Shown here: piece after piece, positions 37,651 to 48,627 of the stretch | Numbering within the stretch: position 1 is the first letter of the stretch | Layout: every line of letters begins with the position of its first letter | From: Diploschistes diacapsis | Taxonomy: Eukaryota | Length of the DNA stretch: 54,306 nucleotides | Direction of reading: 5' to 3' | Assembly: GCA_023645945.1 (NCBI GenBank) | Contig: JALAIB010000008.1 | Coordinates: 1 to 54,306, forward strand | The notes under the pieces: generated by a model | Told to the model about the DNA's origin: nothing | The model's input: the letters and a program-made list of their open reading frames with translations, nothing else | Databases searched by the model: none | Program-made: the position numbers and the translations under genes

Positions 37651-38634
37651 CTACCGTAGGCCGCGCGACTCGTTGAAGGGCTCGCACTTCCTCTCGCACC
37701 ACTCCCAAAACTTGGTAGCATGTCCCTCTTCGATTGCATTTGAAACGTCTTTCCTCGGACCACCCTCCATCACACGTCCCCATGGCATGACGTAGGCGCC
37801 GTTGCTGTCCGCATTGATTTCGGGCGACAGCCCGGCGTAGAGCATTGTATATGCGCCCATCTTTACGGGGTGGAGGCTGGGCCTCATGAACATCATGAGC
37901 AGCGAGGACTGGTGTCTCCACACCTCGGTGTCCAACTGGCCTGGATTCTGCGCCACGCTGATGATGCCGTCTCCGCCATAGCGCTTCGCACCCTCGACCG
38001 CCAGCAACCAGTTCCCTGCCTTGGAAGCCGCGTAATCCCGCGGCGGATTCTGCGTCCTGCCGGCGTCGGCGAGAGAGAGGTCGACCCCGTTCGCCGGTGC
38101 GTGTGTCTCGATGCTTAGGCTTGCTGTCCATACGATACGTACGCTGCCGGGATGAGAAGCTGCTGCTTCCTGCATGTGGCGAATCAGCTGCTGCGTCAGG
38201 AAGAGCGGGGCGACACAGTTCACGCCGATATGGCCCTCGAGATGCTGTTTCGTGCTGGTCCCAACCGGAACGCCTCCGACGCCCGCATTGTTCCACAGAA
38301 TATCGAGGCGTGATTCTTGAGCGGCGAAGGAAGCAGCCGTCGCCGAAATGGTCGACAGATCGTCGAGGTCGAGATGCAGATACTTCAAGGCACCAGGTTT
38401 GGGTGGGGTGGGTTTGCCAGCAACGACCGATTGGATTGCAGCTTTGGCACGCTCTTCGGATCTGCTCGCCATGTAAATTGTTGCACCCGTGGGGTACAGA
38501 ATTTTGATCAGCTCAAGCCCGATACCGGAGTTCCCGCCGGTCACGATGAAGACTTTACCATCCTGTCGAGGGACATCCTTCTCCGTAAAGTTAGGCGGGG
38601 GCGGGAACCATTGCGTCCAGAAACTGCGTAACAT
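37651..38634 (-). CDS. Short-chain dehydrogenase/reductase, intronless, cluster-associated
   Basis: 327 aa with TGGNSGIG, WNNAG, catalytic YAASK and QNPG. Confidence 0.92.
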   Translation of the reverse strand: MLRSFWTQWFPPPPNFTEKDVPRQDGKVFIVTGGNSGIGLELIKILYPTGATIYMASRSEERAKAAIQSVVAGKPTPPKPGALKYLHLDLDDLSTISATAASFAAQESRLDILWNNAGVGGVPVGTSTKQHLEGHIGVNCVAPLFLTQQLIRHMQEAAASHPGSVRIVWTASLSIETHAPANGVDLSLADAGRTQNPPRDYAASKAGNWLLAVEGAKRYGGDGIISVAQNPGQLDTEVWRHQSSLLMMFMRPSLHPVKMGAYTMLYAGLSPEINADSNGAYVMPWGRVMEGGPRKDVSNAIEEGHATKFWEWCERKCEPFNESRGLR

Positions 38635-39059
38635 TATGCAGGTAGTTCTGAGAAGTATGTTCTAAGCACTGAATTTAGAGAGGAGGAGTTTGCACTGAAC
38701 TGGCAAGACCTGGTAAATTTCAATTTGCACTCGCACTTGAGGGACAATAAAACAATGGTCTGGGTATGAGACTTGGATGGGGACAAACCCTCGGGGATGC
38801 TTGGACGACTCGTCATAAGCCTCCCTGAATCATGGTAGCAGCCTGAGGAACTGATGGGAACACCACACGGCTGGTTAACCTGTGTATGTAGTGGATCAGC
38901 CGTCAAGGTTCAGCCCGCAACTGCACTCCTAGAGGCCCCTTAGACTCAGCTCCGTTGTCCAAATTAGGCGTTGCGATTCAGGAAACGGAAACGGAGAACG
39001 AGAAGCCTGGAAGCCTGGAGGTTGCAAAGGGAGCCTAGACAATTTCTTGTACCCATACA

Positions 39060-39121
39060 TTGTGTTGTGTTGTGTTGTGCGTTGTACGTTGTACGTTGTA
39101 CGTTGTACGCTGTATGTTGTA
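39060..39121. repeat. Compound tandem repeat: (TTGTG)4 followed by (CGTTGTA)4 and 2 degenerate units
   Basis: Read directly from the sequence. Confidence 0.93.
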
Positions 39122-39562
39122 GCGTTGCAATAAAGTAGTAGTCCCCTTTAGCCAACTTTAACTAGTGTCATCGTCCAACTGTTAGATCGCCCCGCTTCCT
39201 ACTTCTGGGGCCAAAGGCAAAAAGCAGGAATTAATGAGCTAAATAAGCGGCACGAGCTAACAGTTGGGGTAACGATAGAGGTTGCAGTAGATACTTACTA
39301 ACTAGGTGGCCCGATCCAATAAGGATAATCCTCATGACTGCAAGCACTCACCCTTCAGCTATTCCCAAGATTGAATAGATTTGAACGCTCAGATACCATC
39401 AAGGTTATACTAGGTTTCAGGATACCTGTGTTAGAGTACAATCTATATATACATTCTAAACTGACACTGTAGTGAGTTTTAATCCCCGGGTCAGTCACAC
39501 ATTTTGACCGCTTTGTTAATCAACAGAAATCCTTCCGGAACAAGACCGCAGACCCGAGCCGG

Positions 39563-42500
39563 CTACATCACGCTCAGCCAGATTGTGCTACAGAGTCCTA
39601 CATTTATCATCAAATGGTGATAAAGAGCCCAGAGACCGCCGAATACGTATTTCGGCGCATGGGCTATCCAAATGAAAGGCTCCCTCCTCAGCACCGTACA
39701 CGCAACCATAAACGCCAGGAGACTGAACGCTGTAAGAAGCGTTTGCAGTGCCAGATAATCAAAAAGAGGCCTTCCTGGCTGGTCCACCAAAGTACCGTCA
39801 GGGCACGGTTTCGGACTTCGCACCGCTTTCGTATTGCCCTTCCTGCTCGTCAGGTCGGTTGTACCCTTTGGCGCGCTGCCTAAAGCCTCTTGCTTGATCT
39901 CGACCCATCGAAGGAGAAACCTAAGGCCGTTGCAAGACCACCAGATGGGTCCGGCCCAATTTGTAGCAAGAACTTGGAGTGGTACCCCTACAGCATTGTA
40001 ACCTACAATGCCGTTATATCCATTGGTGAGGTCGATTGATGAAATGGCGTTGCTGTTGCCAAAGACAAAGTACGAGTTTTGAGCGAGAAGGAAAACCAGG
40101 CCGGAAGTTTGCAGTGGATGCAGCCCAAGTGGTACAGATTCTGCATACGTGGTCAGCTGTATTGCCATCACTTGGATGTGCTGAATCAGCACAACAGGCG
40201 AGGATTATTACGTAGAGCGTCAAGCTGGAATTTCAGAATAGAGAATAGCGGAATATTATGGGCTCGAGATTGAGTCAGAAGATACAAACTCAAAAGCTCC
40301 AGGATACCGCTTAGAGTGTCTGCAATCTCACATCAGTCTACGAGCTTGGAAGTAACGAGATACGCACCTTCTCTTGTCCGACGACCTTTTCGCTTCGACT
40401 GCAGCACAAAGTAAGCCAGTACCGCGAGAATACCTGAAAAAAGGGCTCTAGCGATTGGCGTCGCATCTGATTCCTCGGCTTGCTGCAGCAGCCAATGTGG
40501 GGAAAAGGCTACTAGCTGAGGGCTGTCTCGAGCGGTTGTGATGAATTTAAAGATCAGTGCCGTCAAGCACAGAGCAGTAGCAGCAAGCGGAGCGGCAAGT
40601 GTTGCTTTCGGTCCACCGTCATCCGCAATGCCCTTGGACAATCGGACGGCTGTACCAAAGTATGTTGCAGCAATACCGACCCAGAGTATGGAAGGAAACC
40701 TGTTGAAACATTCGTGAACGAGGTCCGGTATCCTGTACTGCGTGTCGCCAGCTTGATTCCAACACTGGGTCGCAAATTGCAAGAGGGCTGGCAGCACCGA
40801 AGACAGTATGGACGCATTCCTCGTTATGCTTGTACACAATCAGCATCGTACCAAGTCCAAGAATAACAGCAGAAATTAGTTTATGCGCGACAATCCTTAC
40901 CTTCTGCAGCCCAAGCAGGTCAGCCACGCTAGCGAGCTCCAGTACCAGAAATGATGCTCCTCTTGAACATAGCGACTGCTGAACATTGTCGAGCTATATA
41001 AGGCCGAAAGTGTTCCCAAAGCCAGGCGATCGGTGGTCCATTGTAGTCTCAGAGGACTGTATGCAAGAATTAGGAGGATGACGGCGGCGCACACGCCAAG
41101 GATGCCATATGAGAGTAGGGGAATGCTGAGGTTGCCAGCCGTTACACCCATGACCCGTTGCGCATGCTTACAGAACTGAAAGACGTCAGCCGCCGATATC
41201 ATAGCTTTTTCGAATAAAGAGAATCGAATGTACGCACAGCGGTTACGACCAAGCGTACATCTTCCAAACTGGTATTTGAACTTTTCGCAATCTCTAGCCG
41301 CTCCTCAACTTGTCGCCAGGAGCAGGAAAGTTCGGTTCTGCCCAAATGATCTTCCTTACAATCAAGGTTGGGCAACACAGAGTCCGGATTGTTGGTCTTG
41401 AACGCATCCATTAATTGCATTCCGTTGCCCTGCAGAAGCTGCAGATGGTGGGAGCCCTTTCCCCAAAGGGGTAAGAAATCCTCAATGAATACACCCATAT
41501 TGTTGGAGGGGATTCCAAAACCTAGGAGGCCAGCCAGAGTAGGCACAATATCGGACTGGTCCACAACCTTGTAGTAATCGAATCCGTTACCTCCGTGAGC
41601 TGTGGGTGATTCCAGCCCCTTGGAGATCGACTTGAGGTGAGGTGACATGAAAACTAGCGCTGGAGAGGATTCTCCCGGCGAAGAGCCGCCGTGGTTACCC
41701 TTCTCGTTCATCCCATGATCGCCGACTATCACAAATAGGGTAGATTTCAAGTGCGGCTCCTGCTCCATTGCGCCGTAGATCTGCCGTACGATGCCATCCA
41801 TTTGGCGCTGCTTTGGTAACATATATGGACTATGGCCTCTTTCAGTCTCAGTCTATAAGTTGGATTCTCGGGAGCGCTTCACCTGTTCGGTCCGCCCACA
41901 TGACCGACATGATCCATGCCGGGGAAATGCAGCACGAACGCGCTCCAATCGTCATTGCGCAGTTCTTCTGGGATATGTCTTGTAACATTGTTGTCGACTT
42001 GAATGAAGTCCTGTAAAGATATACGGTTCAGCTTCCGTTGCGTCCATAACTTGGGGGTAGAGAATACCGGCACGTAGAAGGCATGAACACCTTCAGAGCG
42101 GTCAAAGACATCGGGGAATAGCTGCAGCCATGTGTTCTCCCCGTAGAATATCATTTTCCCAGTCTCCTTCTCTTTTAGCCGTCTCAGCCAGGTATCTTCC
42201 GTAAGGGCGGATGCAGCCTCCGAGTCTGCAAGATTGAGTATGACATCGAGAAAGGAAGGGTTTGAGCCGGTCGTCATGCTCTTGATGCGAGAGATCGTGA
42301 GACTGGGAGGGCTGGCATGGGCAGTGAAGGGAATAGCCTCCCCAGAACGTATCAGACTCAAGTCAAGTCAGCTACTCAACAGGCTGGGCCAGCAGGGAAC
42401 GGGTCTCTTACCTCTGTACATAGCTGAACCCAGATTTATTCGAGTACACAAAATCGCTATTGCAAATTAGAAGATCGGTATGAAGCTATGCGTCGGCAGC

Positions 42501-42721
42501 AAGGAATACCTCCGCATCGCATCAACCACCATGAATATAACTTTGTCGAAAGGAGCAGTCTCCGACCCGCCTCCATTGGGAATACGTTGGTCATCTTCGA
42601 GCCTCGCAAGATCCGGAAGTACAGGCTTGTAGCGAAAGAAACCTGCCGCAAACACAAGCACAGAGAATGGGATCAAAGTGTTCGCAAGAAATAAAAAGCT
42701 GTTCTGTTTGAAGTGACCCAT
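39563..42721 (-). CDS. GPI ethanolamine-phosphate transferase 2 (GPI7/PIG-G) homologue, 9 exons; probably a cluster-specific paralogue
   Basis: Hand-spliced in frame: N-terminal TM VLVFAAGFFRYKP, KVIFMVVDAMR-SDF, PPSLTISRIKSMTTGSNPSFLD, LHFPGMDHVGHVGGP, VGDHGMNEKGNHGGSS, QSDIVPTLA, SRYVQEEHHFWYW, LTQSRAHNIPLF, GNSNAISSIDLTNGYNG, IAHAPKY. This is an alkaline-phosphatase-fold domain plus a multi-TM C-terminus. Confidence 0.9.
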
Positions 42722-44724
42722 TTTTGCACCACATACACGCAAAGCTTAGATGGAGCGTGGTATGATCGACTGGGCGTCAAACTTCTCAGAGTCTATCTTC
42801 CATACTCTAAGCAAGAGACGTGTGTCAAAGTATATTCCTCGAAACCGTCCCTTACTTGAGGCGCCAGCAACACACCAGCTACCGTATATACAGATCTGTT
42901 ATGGCGTATGTTTCTCCGACTGATTGAGAGCGTCCACCAACTCGCTTCCAAATGCCGATGGAACCTTCGTCCTGCACCACTCTTCCTGCCAGGGCCGAAG
43001 ATGACAACTCTCAGACAGACAATGAATATGAGACATCAGCTTCCCTTCCGTTATTGGTTCGCCAATGCTGATAGGATTGAAAGGTTCTTCTCTAATGCCA
43101 ACAATCAATCATAAACCAATTTGTTCATGATTCTATGTTTGTATGCGGCTGATGCGAGTTGCATTAGGTGGAGTTCCTGGTTGGGGGCTTATGGAATGAA
43201 TGGATCCTTGACGGGAACGTGGCTGCATACCAGGTAACAGGTTTGGACCAGCATCGTTTTGCGTTTTGGCGACTTTTCAGCCTTTGCGTGAGTGAGTCTT
43301 GAAACAGCCACCTTACCTGCCACCACTCTGGAATGGCTCTAGCTGGCAGTGGTAGTTGCTCGCGTGCTCAAGTACGAGGTTGAGAAACAGCCCTCCATGG
43401 GTGGGATTCAGCTTTTCGTACGCTTGACCTAGATCGGAAAGCTTAGGTAACTGACTGATGCAAGCACCCGGGTTGTTACTCCGGGTTACGTTACCCCGTG
43501 GCTATTTTGCTTTGACGCCACAGACCGACTGTGGCTAGTAAGTGTTTTGTTACCGTACAAGCTTGTAATTTCTTTTTTCTTTCTCACCGCCTCCATGGTC
43601 CTTGGCCCCACGGGGCATAATCACATGTTTCTAGCATTAAAAAACAAACCCACGTGCGGCTGAGCCATCCGGTAGGGCTGCACACCCCTTCCAGCTCATA
43701 CAGATAGACCCTCCCCGGTAAAAGTCCGGTACTTCAGGTACAACTCAATCACACAAAACGTGCATACAATAATTGCGAAACTAGCTGGAGGTAGTTGTTT
43801 CGCAGCCTAACGGCATGCTTGCTTGCTCACGTACACAGCAGCAATGCCACACCTACTCCCTCAAGCCGTTGATGGCTAGAATGCGACCACAGCCAGCTAT
43901 GTCAAAAAGCCACTAACTTCGGTTACAGAATCGGAGTCACCGAACGGGGACGGGACACAACTCACTCACGGTGCAACTCTGACGGCTTCTGCCCTCCCGT
44001 CATCCGTTGCAGTTGTATTCAATGGCTTCGGCGCTCATTATAAAGTATATCATGGAGTAGAAAGAAAGGGCATGCACCGTCGGCTGGCGCCATCTTCAGC
44101 ATCAAAGTAACCGCAGCTGCTTAGTTTTCGGCAACACGGCCCGGTCCGAGCTTGTCTCCCCTCTCCCCTCTGTAACCATGATATCGAGGCACTACTGTTC
44201 TGAATCCTACGCAGTCCTTGTCTGGATTTGCGCAGTGAAGGGTCGTGTCAAATAAGTATTACCTACCGATATAATTCTGTGAATCGAAATCCTTCGGTAT
44301 TGGGTCAGAACATATCATTTTAACACAAAGAATGAAAGGCGGGAAGAGCAAGACTTGCTGTGTTCCAAATTCGGTCTAGCCTGGCCAACGGTATGAACGA
44401 TAAGTTTGATAACGAATCTTAGTAGATCTGAACAACACCTACATTTGTCGTCTGCCTGCTTAAGATCACGAGAGCTCAATAGGGCGAAGGTCTTGAGGGA
44501 ATGATTAGGAGAGCCTGTTAGAATGTTAAAATGACACTACTCAAAACGCCAGACCCCTCGGACGGGGAAATTAAACACAGTTCAGTCAAGCATCATTGAA
44601 TTCCCGGCTGCGTTAAATGTATAAAGACGTGGAGGTGGCATGACTAATAGTCAGCCAGCCAACGGGACAGACGTGATGAGAAACCATGAATATAGTGTTA
44701 TCCTCCTATAGAATCTGCAATTCG

Positions 44725-45219
44725 CTATACAATCTCAATGGTCATGAGAAAGCCAACAACAAAACAGACGCAAGCCGGAAGATCGACAGCCAGCGTCCTT
44801 GCCGCGTGCATCCGTAGCCACTTCTCCATTGATAGAGTGCTGTTTCCCTTCGGCCGGTCCCCTCGAATGTCATCAAGTAGCTTCAGCGCAGTCGGTCCCC
44901 ACAGGAAGTATCCCAGGCTGAACGCGGTACCCGCCCAGTACCACCGATCGGCGCCTCTTACCAAAAGGCTCGAAGAGCTCGTGAAGATGTTGGCCGTTCC
45001 GGAGATGAATGATGTTGAAAATCCCGCGACGAGGATGCAAACAGCGTTTTGCATCCAGCGAGCAAACCACGAGGGAAGTAAGTTGTTTGCACGCTCTCTA
45101 TACTGTGGTTCAATCCAGCAATTGAGGAAGATGTATTCGTCATGCGCAAAGACCAGATTGGTGGTTGAAGAGATCACGGGTATGAGACGAAGGAGTTTGA
45201 GGCTAACGAAAGCGTCCAT
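44725..45219 (-). CDS. Small integral membrane protein (DUF1772/anthrone-oxygenase-like appearance)
   Basis: 164-aa intronless ORF with about 4 hydrophobic segments, WYWAGTAFS and C-terminal WLRMHAARTLAVDLPA. The family is a pattern-level guess. Confidence 0.65.
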   Translation of the reverse strand: MDAFVSLKLLRLIPVISSTTNLVFAHDEYIFLNCWIEPQYRERANNLLPSWFARWMQNAVCILVAGFSTSFISGTANIFTSSSSLLVRGADRWYWAGTAFSLGYFLWGPTALKLLDDIRGDRPKGNSTLSMEKWLRMHAARTLAVDLPACVCFVVGFLMTIEIV

Positions 45220-46805
45220 TCTGGCAAGCGATAGTAGATATGAAGAGATGTTTTGAGGTTATGTAACGACGGCTTTCTTGTAGATCGCTAAGCTATTGCT
45301 GTTTTTTAACGTCTAAGTTTGATGACATTAGCGATTATAACTTAACAAAAAAGCTTACTTCAAACGATGAAGGAATCACCTCCCGAATCGGCCAATCGGG
45401 TAAAGCACAATAGCCGCGCGTCTCACGCTGTGTGAAGCTCATCAAACTGACGTTCTTCGCTCGAGTTCCATCGCCTGATTTACAGCCACAAGCATCAGTG
45501 AGCCAAGTATAGCGCTGCTTCATGCATTGAAAAAAATGTTCTGAGGTCAGAGACCTCGCGGCTATGTGGTCTTGCACGAGCGACAGGCTACTCCCGCCAG
45601 TATCGACCAAAAGCAGGGCCATCTATCCTATGCGGATAACCTTGGAGTCTTCTGCTTCCACATCTGGCGAACAGGCAATCAGCTCGGCAGGCGAAGAGAT
45701 CAACTACAAAATGAGCTGTTGAGGTACTGGAGAAAGTTTTCTTGCAAGTGCATTCCCAAAGCCCCTGCGCTCGTGGAGCCACGATGCAGTGGTAGGCCTC
45801 AGAATAGATGCGCCTGTTCGCATGGCTGGGCAGGCTAAGATGGTAATGCTCCATGAAGCCTGATGAGTGCAAACTAGCCCGTATTATGAGAGTTTGTTAT
45901 CCGAGGTGATGCTCGACCATGAACTTCACAGTGTACGGATGGACGTCTGCAGGATCAGCTTCCAAGGTCTTTGATTTCCTGCTATTTCTGGGAGCTTCAA
46001 CAAAACTACTATTCCATTCTGACTGCTGCATCTGAGCGGGCAATTAGATGTCTCATATAGCTTTCTCTCATGCCTATTGGAGATGTCGGTCCGGACGCTG
46101 AAGTCCACATGTATGACTGCCGACTCTGGTGTCGTGGAAGAAAGGAGGGCTCATGTAGCGATTATGGAAAATCAAGGAATAAAATAATTAGTTATATGTA
46201 ATGAAAAGTCAGGGCTGCTGTTTTGGAAACGGAAACGACATGCCCTTACTGAGTGAATGCTTGTACACTCATGGTGGCAACGAGAGCTACAAGTTCTCGC
46301 GATAGGCTTTATTAATACTGCGGAATGCCCCTGCATATAACAAACAAAGTGTGGCCTGGAGAGATTTTAGAAGGGTTAACAAAGAGGAAACATTCATCTA
46401 CAGCAGTTGAGGAAGTTGCCACACCCCTTGCGTTCAGCTGTTGAGCAGCTAAAATTGATGTTCGTTAATGTTATACCAGAAGCCGCTCATTATCAAGTAT
46501 AGAAGGGATGATAAGTTTCCGTGAGGACGTAGTTGTGAACCAAATGGCATGTGGTATTGATCGGAGTCAGACACTTGTTTGCGCCTTTATACTGCAGAAG
46601 GGCAGTGAATGAAATGACAAACAATCGAAGAATTGAACAATCGTACAGTAGTAGACAGCTGAATCTATATAAAAATAGGGCAAGATACAAAAACTAAATT
46701 ATCAAATTCAAATCAAGCTTGATCAAGTGGTAACTGACATAGGAAATTGGACCGACAATACCAAAAAATCCGATATCGATATTACATTTTCTAAAAGTCA
46801 GCAAC

Positions 46806-48155
46806 ATGAAGAGGATGAAGATACTAAGGCCAGCAGCTGCAGTGTTCCAGGCTACTGTCGCAAGCTTGATTGCCTGTGCTACCATCCTCTACTTTTCTCC
46901 CTTCCATGCTCTCCTTGAGGTAGGAGGATTCTCTGTCCTGTCCCACCCCTTCAAGTCCGGATATGCAAAAGCTTTCCTTTTTCTCTTCATATTTCGCTAC
47001 CTGCGTCTTATTGTTGGAATCATTGGACATCGCATCCACCGGGCAGCTCCCATACCTCGAGACCCGAAGTATAAGGCGTCAGACGTGACAGCGATCATTC
47101 CAGCTCTTCCGCCTTTCACGGAGGAGACAGAGAAGGCCATACTTACAGCAATTGGAGCCGGGTGTGCAGAGGTGATCCTTGTTATCCCTGAGTGGGCGGA
47201 CGACAAGATGATAGATCCCTGGCTCCGCGGCCAGATTACACTCAGGAAATGTGCCAAAGTCAGCAAACGGGAACAAGTATCCACCGGCTTGCGTGAAGCT
47301 CGAGGTAGCATTATCGTAATCACTGACGATCACTCTGTGTGGCCTTCGGACGACTTTCTGCCAAACATACTCGCCCCTTTCGAAGACCCTGATGTTGGAG
47401 GGGTGGCAATGAACAAACGTGTCCGGCGCCGATTTGGCAAGCTATTTTCTGCTGGAGATCTCTGCAACTTCATCGCCTGTCTGTATCTGGAGCGGCATAA
47501 TTTCGATCTTCGGGCCACGCACGGAGTCGAGGGCAGTCTGTTTGTTATCTCGGGGCGCACCAGTGCGTACCGGGCGAGCATAGTCTGCGATCCTAAGTTC
47601 ATCGAGGCGTTCTGCAATGAGTTCTTGTTTTTCGGTTCGGTCGGGCCTCTGAACACAGACGACGACAATTTCTTAACTCGCTGGCTCATCAAACACGATT
47701 GGAAGATTGGCTTTCAACATGGCCATGCAGCTCTGACGGAGACCGAACTTGGAGTATCTGGATTCAGGAAATTCAATCAGCAATGCCGAAGATGGGCTCG
47801 TACAACGGTGCGATCCAATACCACGACCCTGTTTGTCGACAGGAGGGTCTGGGTCAGTCAGCCTTGGTCAGTGTATTCAATTTACATTACATCTTTCTTC
47901 AATTTCGCACTATTCACCGACACCTCCTTGGTGTATCTTTGCTCTCGCGCTGGATACTCTGTTACTGCATTGCTGATATGGATCGCATTGACAAAGCTGG
48001 TGAAGCCGATGCCACACTTCCTGCGAAATCCGAGGGACATTATTTATCTTCCTGCACACATATTGTTTGGGTATTATCACTCCTTACTCAAGCTCTGGGC
48101 TCTTGTCACCGTGTTGGATAGCTCCTGGGGATCACGGCCTGGAGTAGTCGCCTAA
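46806..48155 (+). CDS. Glycosyltransferase family 2, membrane-bound processive type (Cps1/hyaluronan-synthase-like), intronless
   Basis: N-terminal TMs (LFIFRYLRLIV), SKREQV, ITDDH (DxD-like), ISGRTSAYR, DDDNFLTRW (catalytic base), QCRRWAR (QxxRW), C-terminal TMs ending SWGSR. Confidence 0.9.
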   Translation: MKRMKILRPAAAVFQATVASLIACATILYFSPFHALLEVGGFSVLSHPFKSGYAKAFLFLFIFRYLRLIVGIIGHRIHRAAPIPRDPKYKASDVTAIIPALPPFTEETEKAILTAIGAGCAEVILVIPEWADDKMIDPWLRGQITLRKCAKVSKREQVSTGLREARGSIIVITDDHSVWPSDDFLPNILAPFEDPDVGGVAMNKRVRRRFGKLFSAGDLCNFIACLYLERHNFDLRATHGVEGSLFVISGRTSAYRASIVCDPKFIEAFCNEFLFFGSVGPLNTDDDNFLTRWLIKHDWKIGFQHGHAALTETELGVSGFRKFNQQCRRWARTTVRSNTTTLFVDRRVWVSQPWSVYSIYITSFFNFALFTDTSLVYLCSRAGYSVTALLIWIALTKLVKPMPHFLRNPRDIIYLPAHILFGYYHSLLKLWALVTVLDSSWGSRPGVVA

Positions 48156-48627
48156 GAGGAGCTGTAAGAAGGGGCTACAGGGCGTATCAGCCGGTGCCAA
48201 TGGGTTAGCAGGGCTCGGAGCACCCTTTCCTTCTCACAACTACCTGGGAAGCAGGTAACAGCTCAAAGGTTAGACATGCTTACGAAGTACCTCAATGTCA
48301 AGCTTTGGAATGGAAGCCGTAGGAATATGAAAAGGGATGAATGGGAAAAGGGAGAATGAAATGGAAAGCATGCAAGTATTTATTGACATTTATAGAAAAC
48401 AAGCTTTTCCTCGCAGGGTACAGCCGACGCCCATATATTGTCCGTAATGTTCCTGCAGTTATGTTGTTTTGACAACCTTTGCCTGGGGCTATATGGTTGT
48501 GGACGAAGATCGTACTGCAGACTTGAACTCTAAACGGTCGGCAATGGGCTAAGTCAATGACGTCTTCAGATCAGATAGTGGTTAGGTTGCTCCTACATGT
48601 AATCTTCTCGGCTTGTAAGCTCGCAAA

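Noticed and set aside
39060..39121. Tandem repeat considered as a CRISPR or telomeric array
   Set aside because: It has no spacers, is not TTAGGG-like, and the context is eukaryotic and interstitial.
44638..44656. Palindrome TGACTA-A-TAGTCA
   Set aside because: A single short inverted repeat, expected by chance in 54 kb, with no supporting context.
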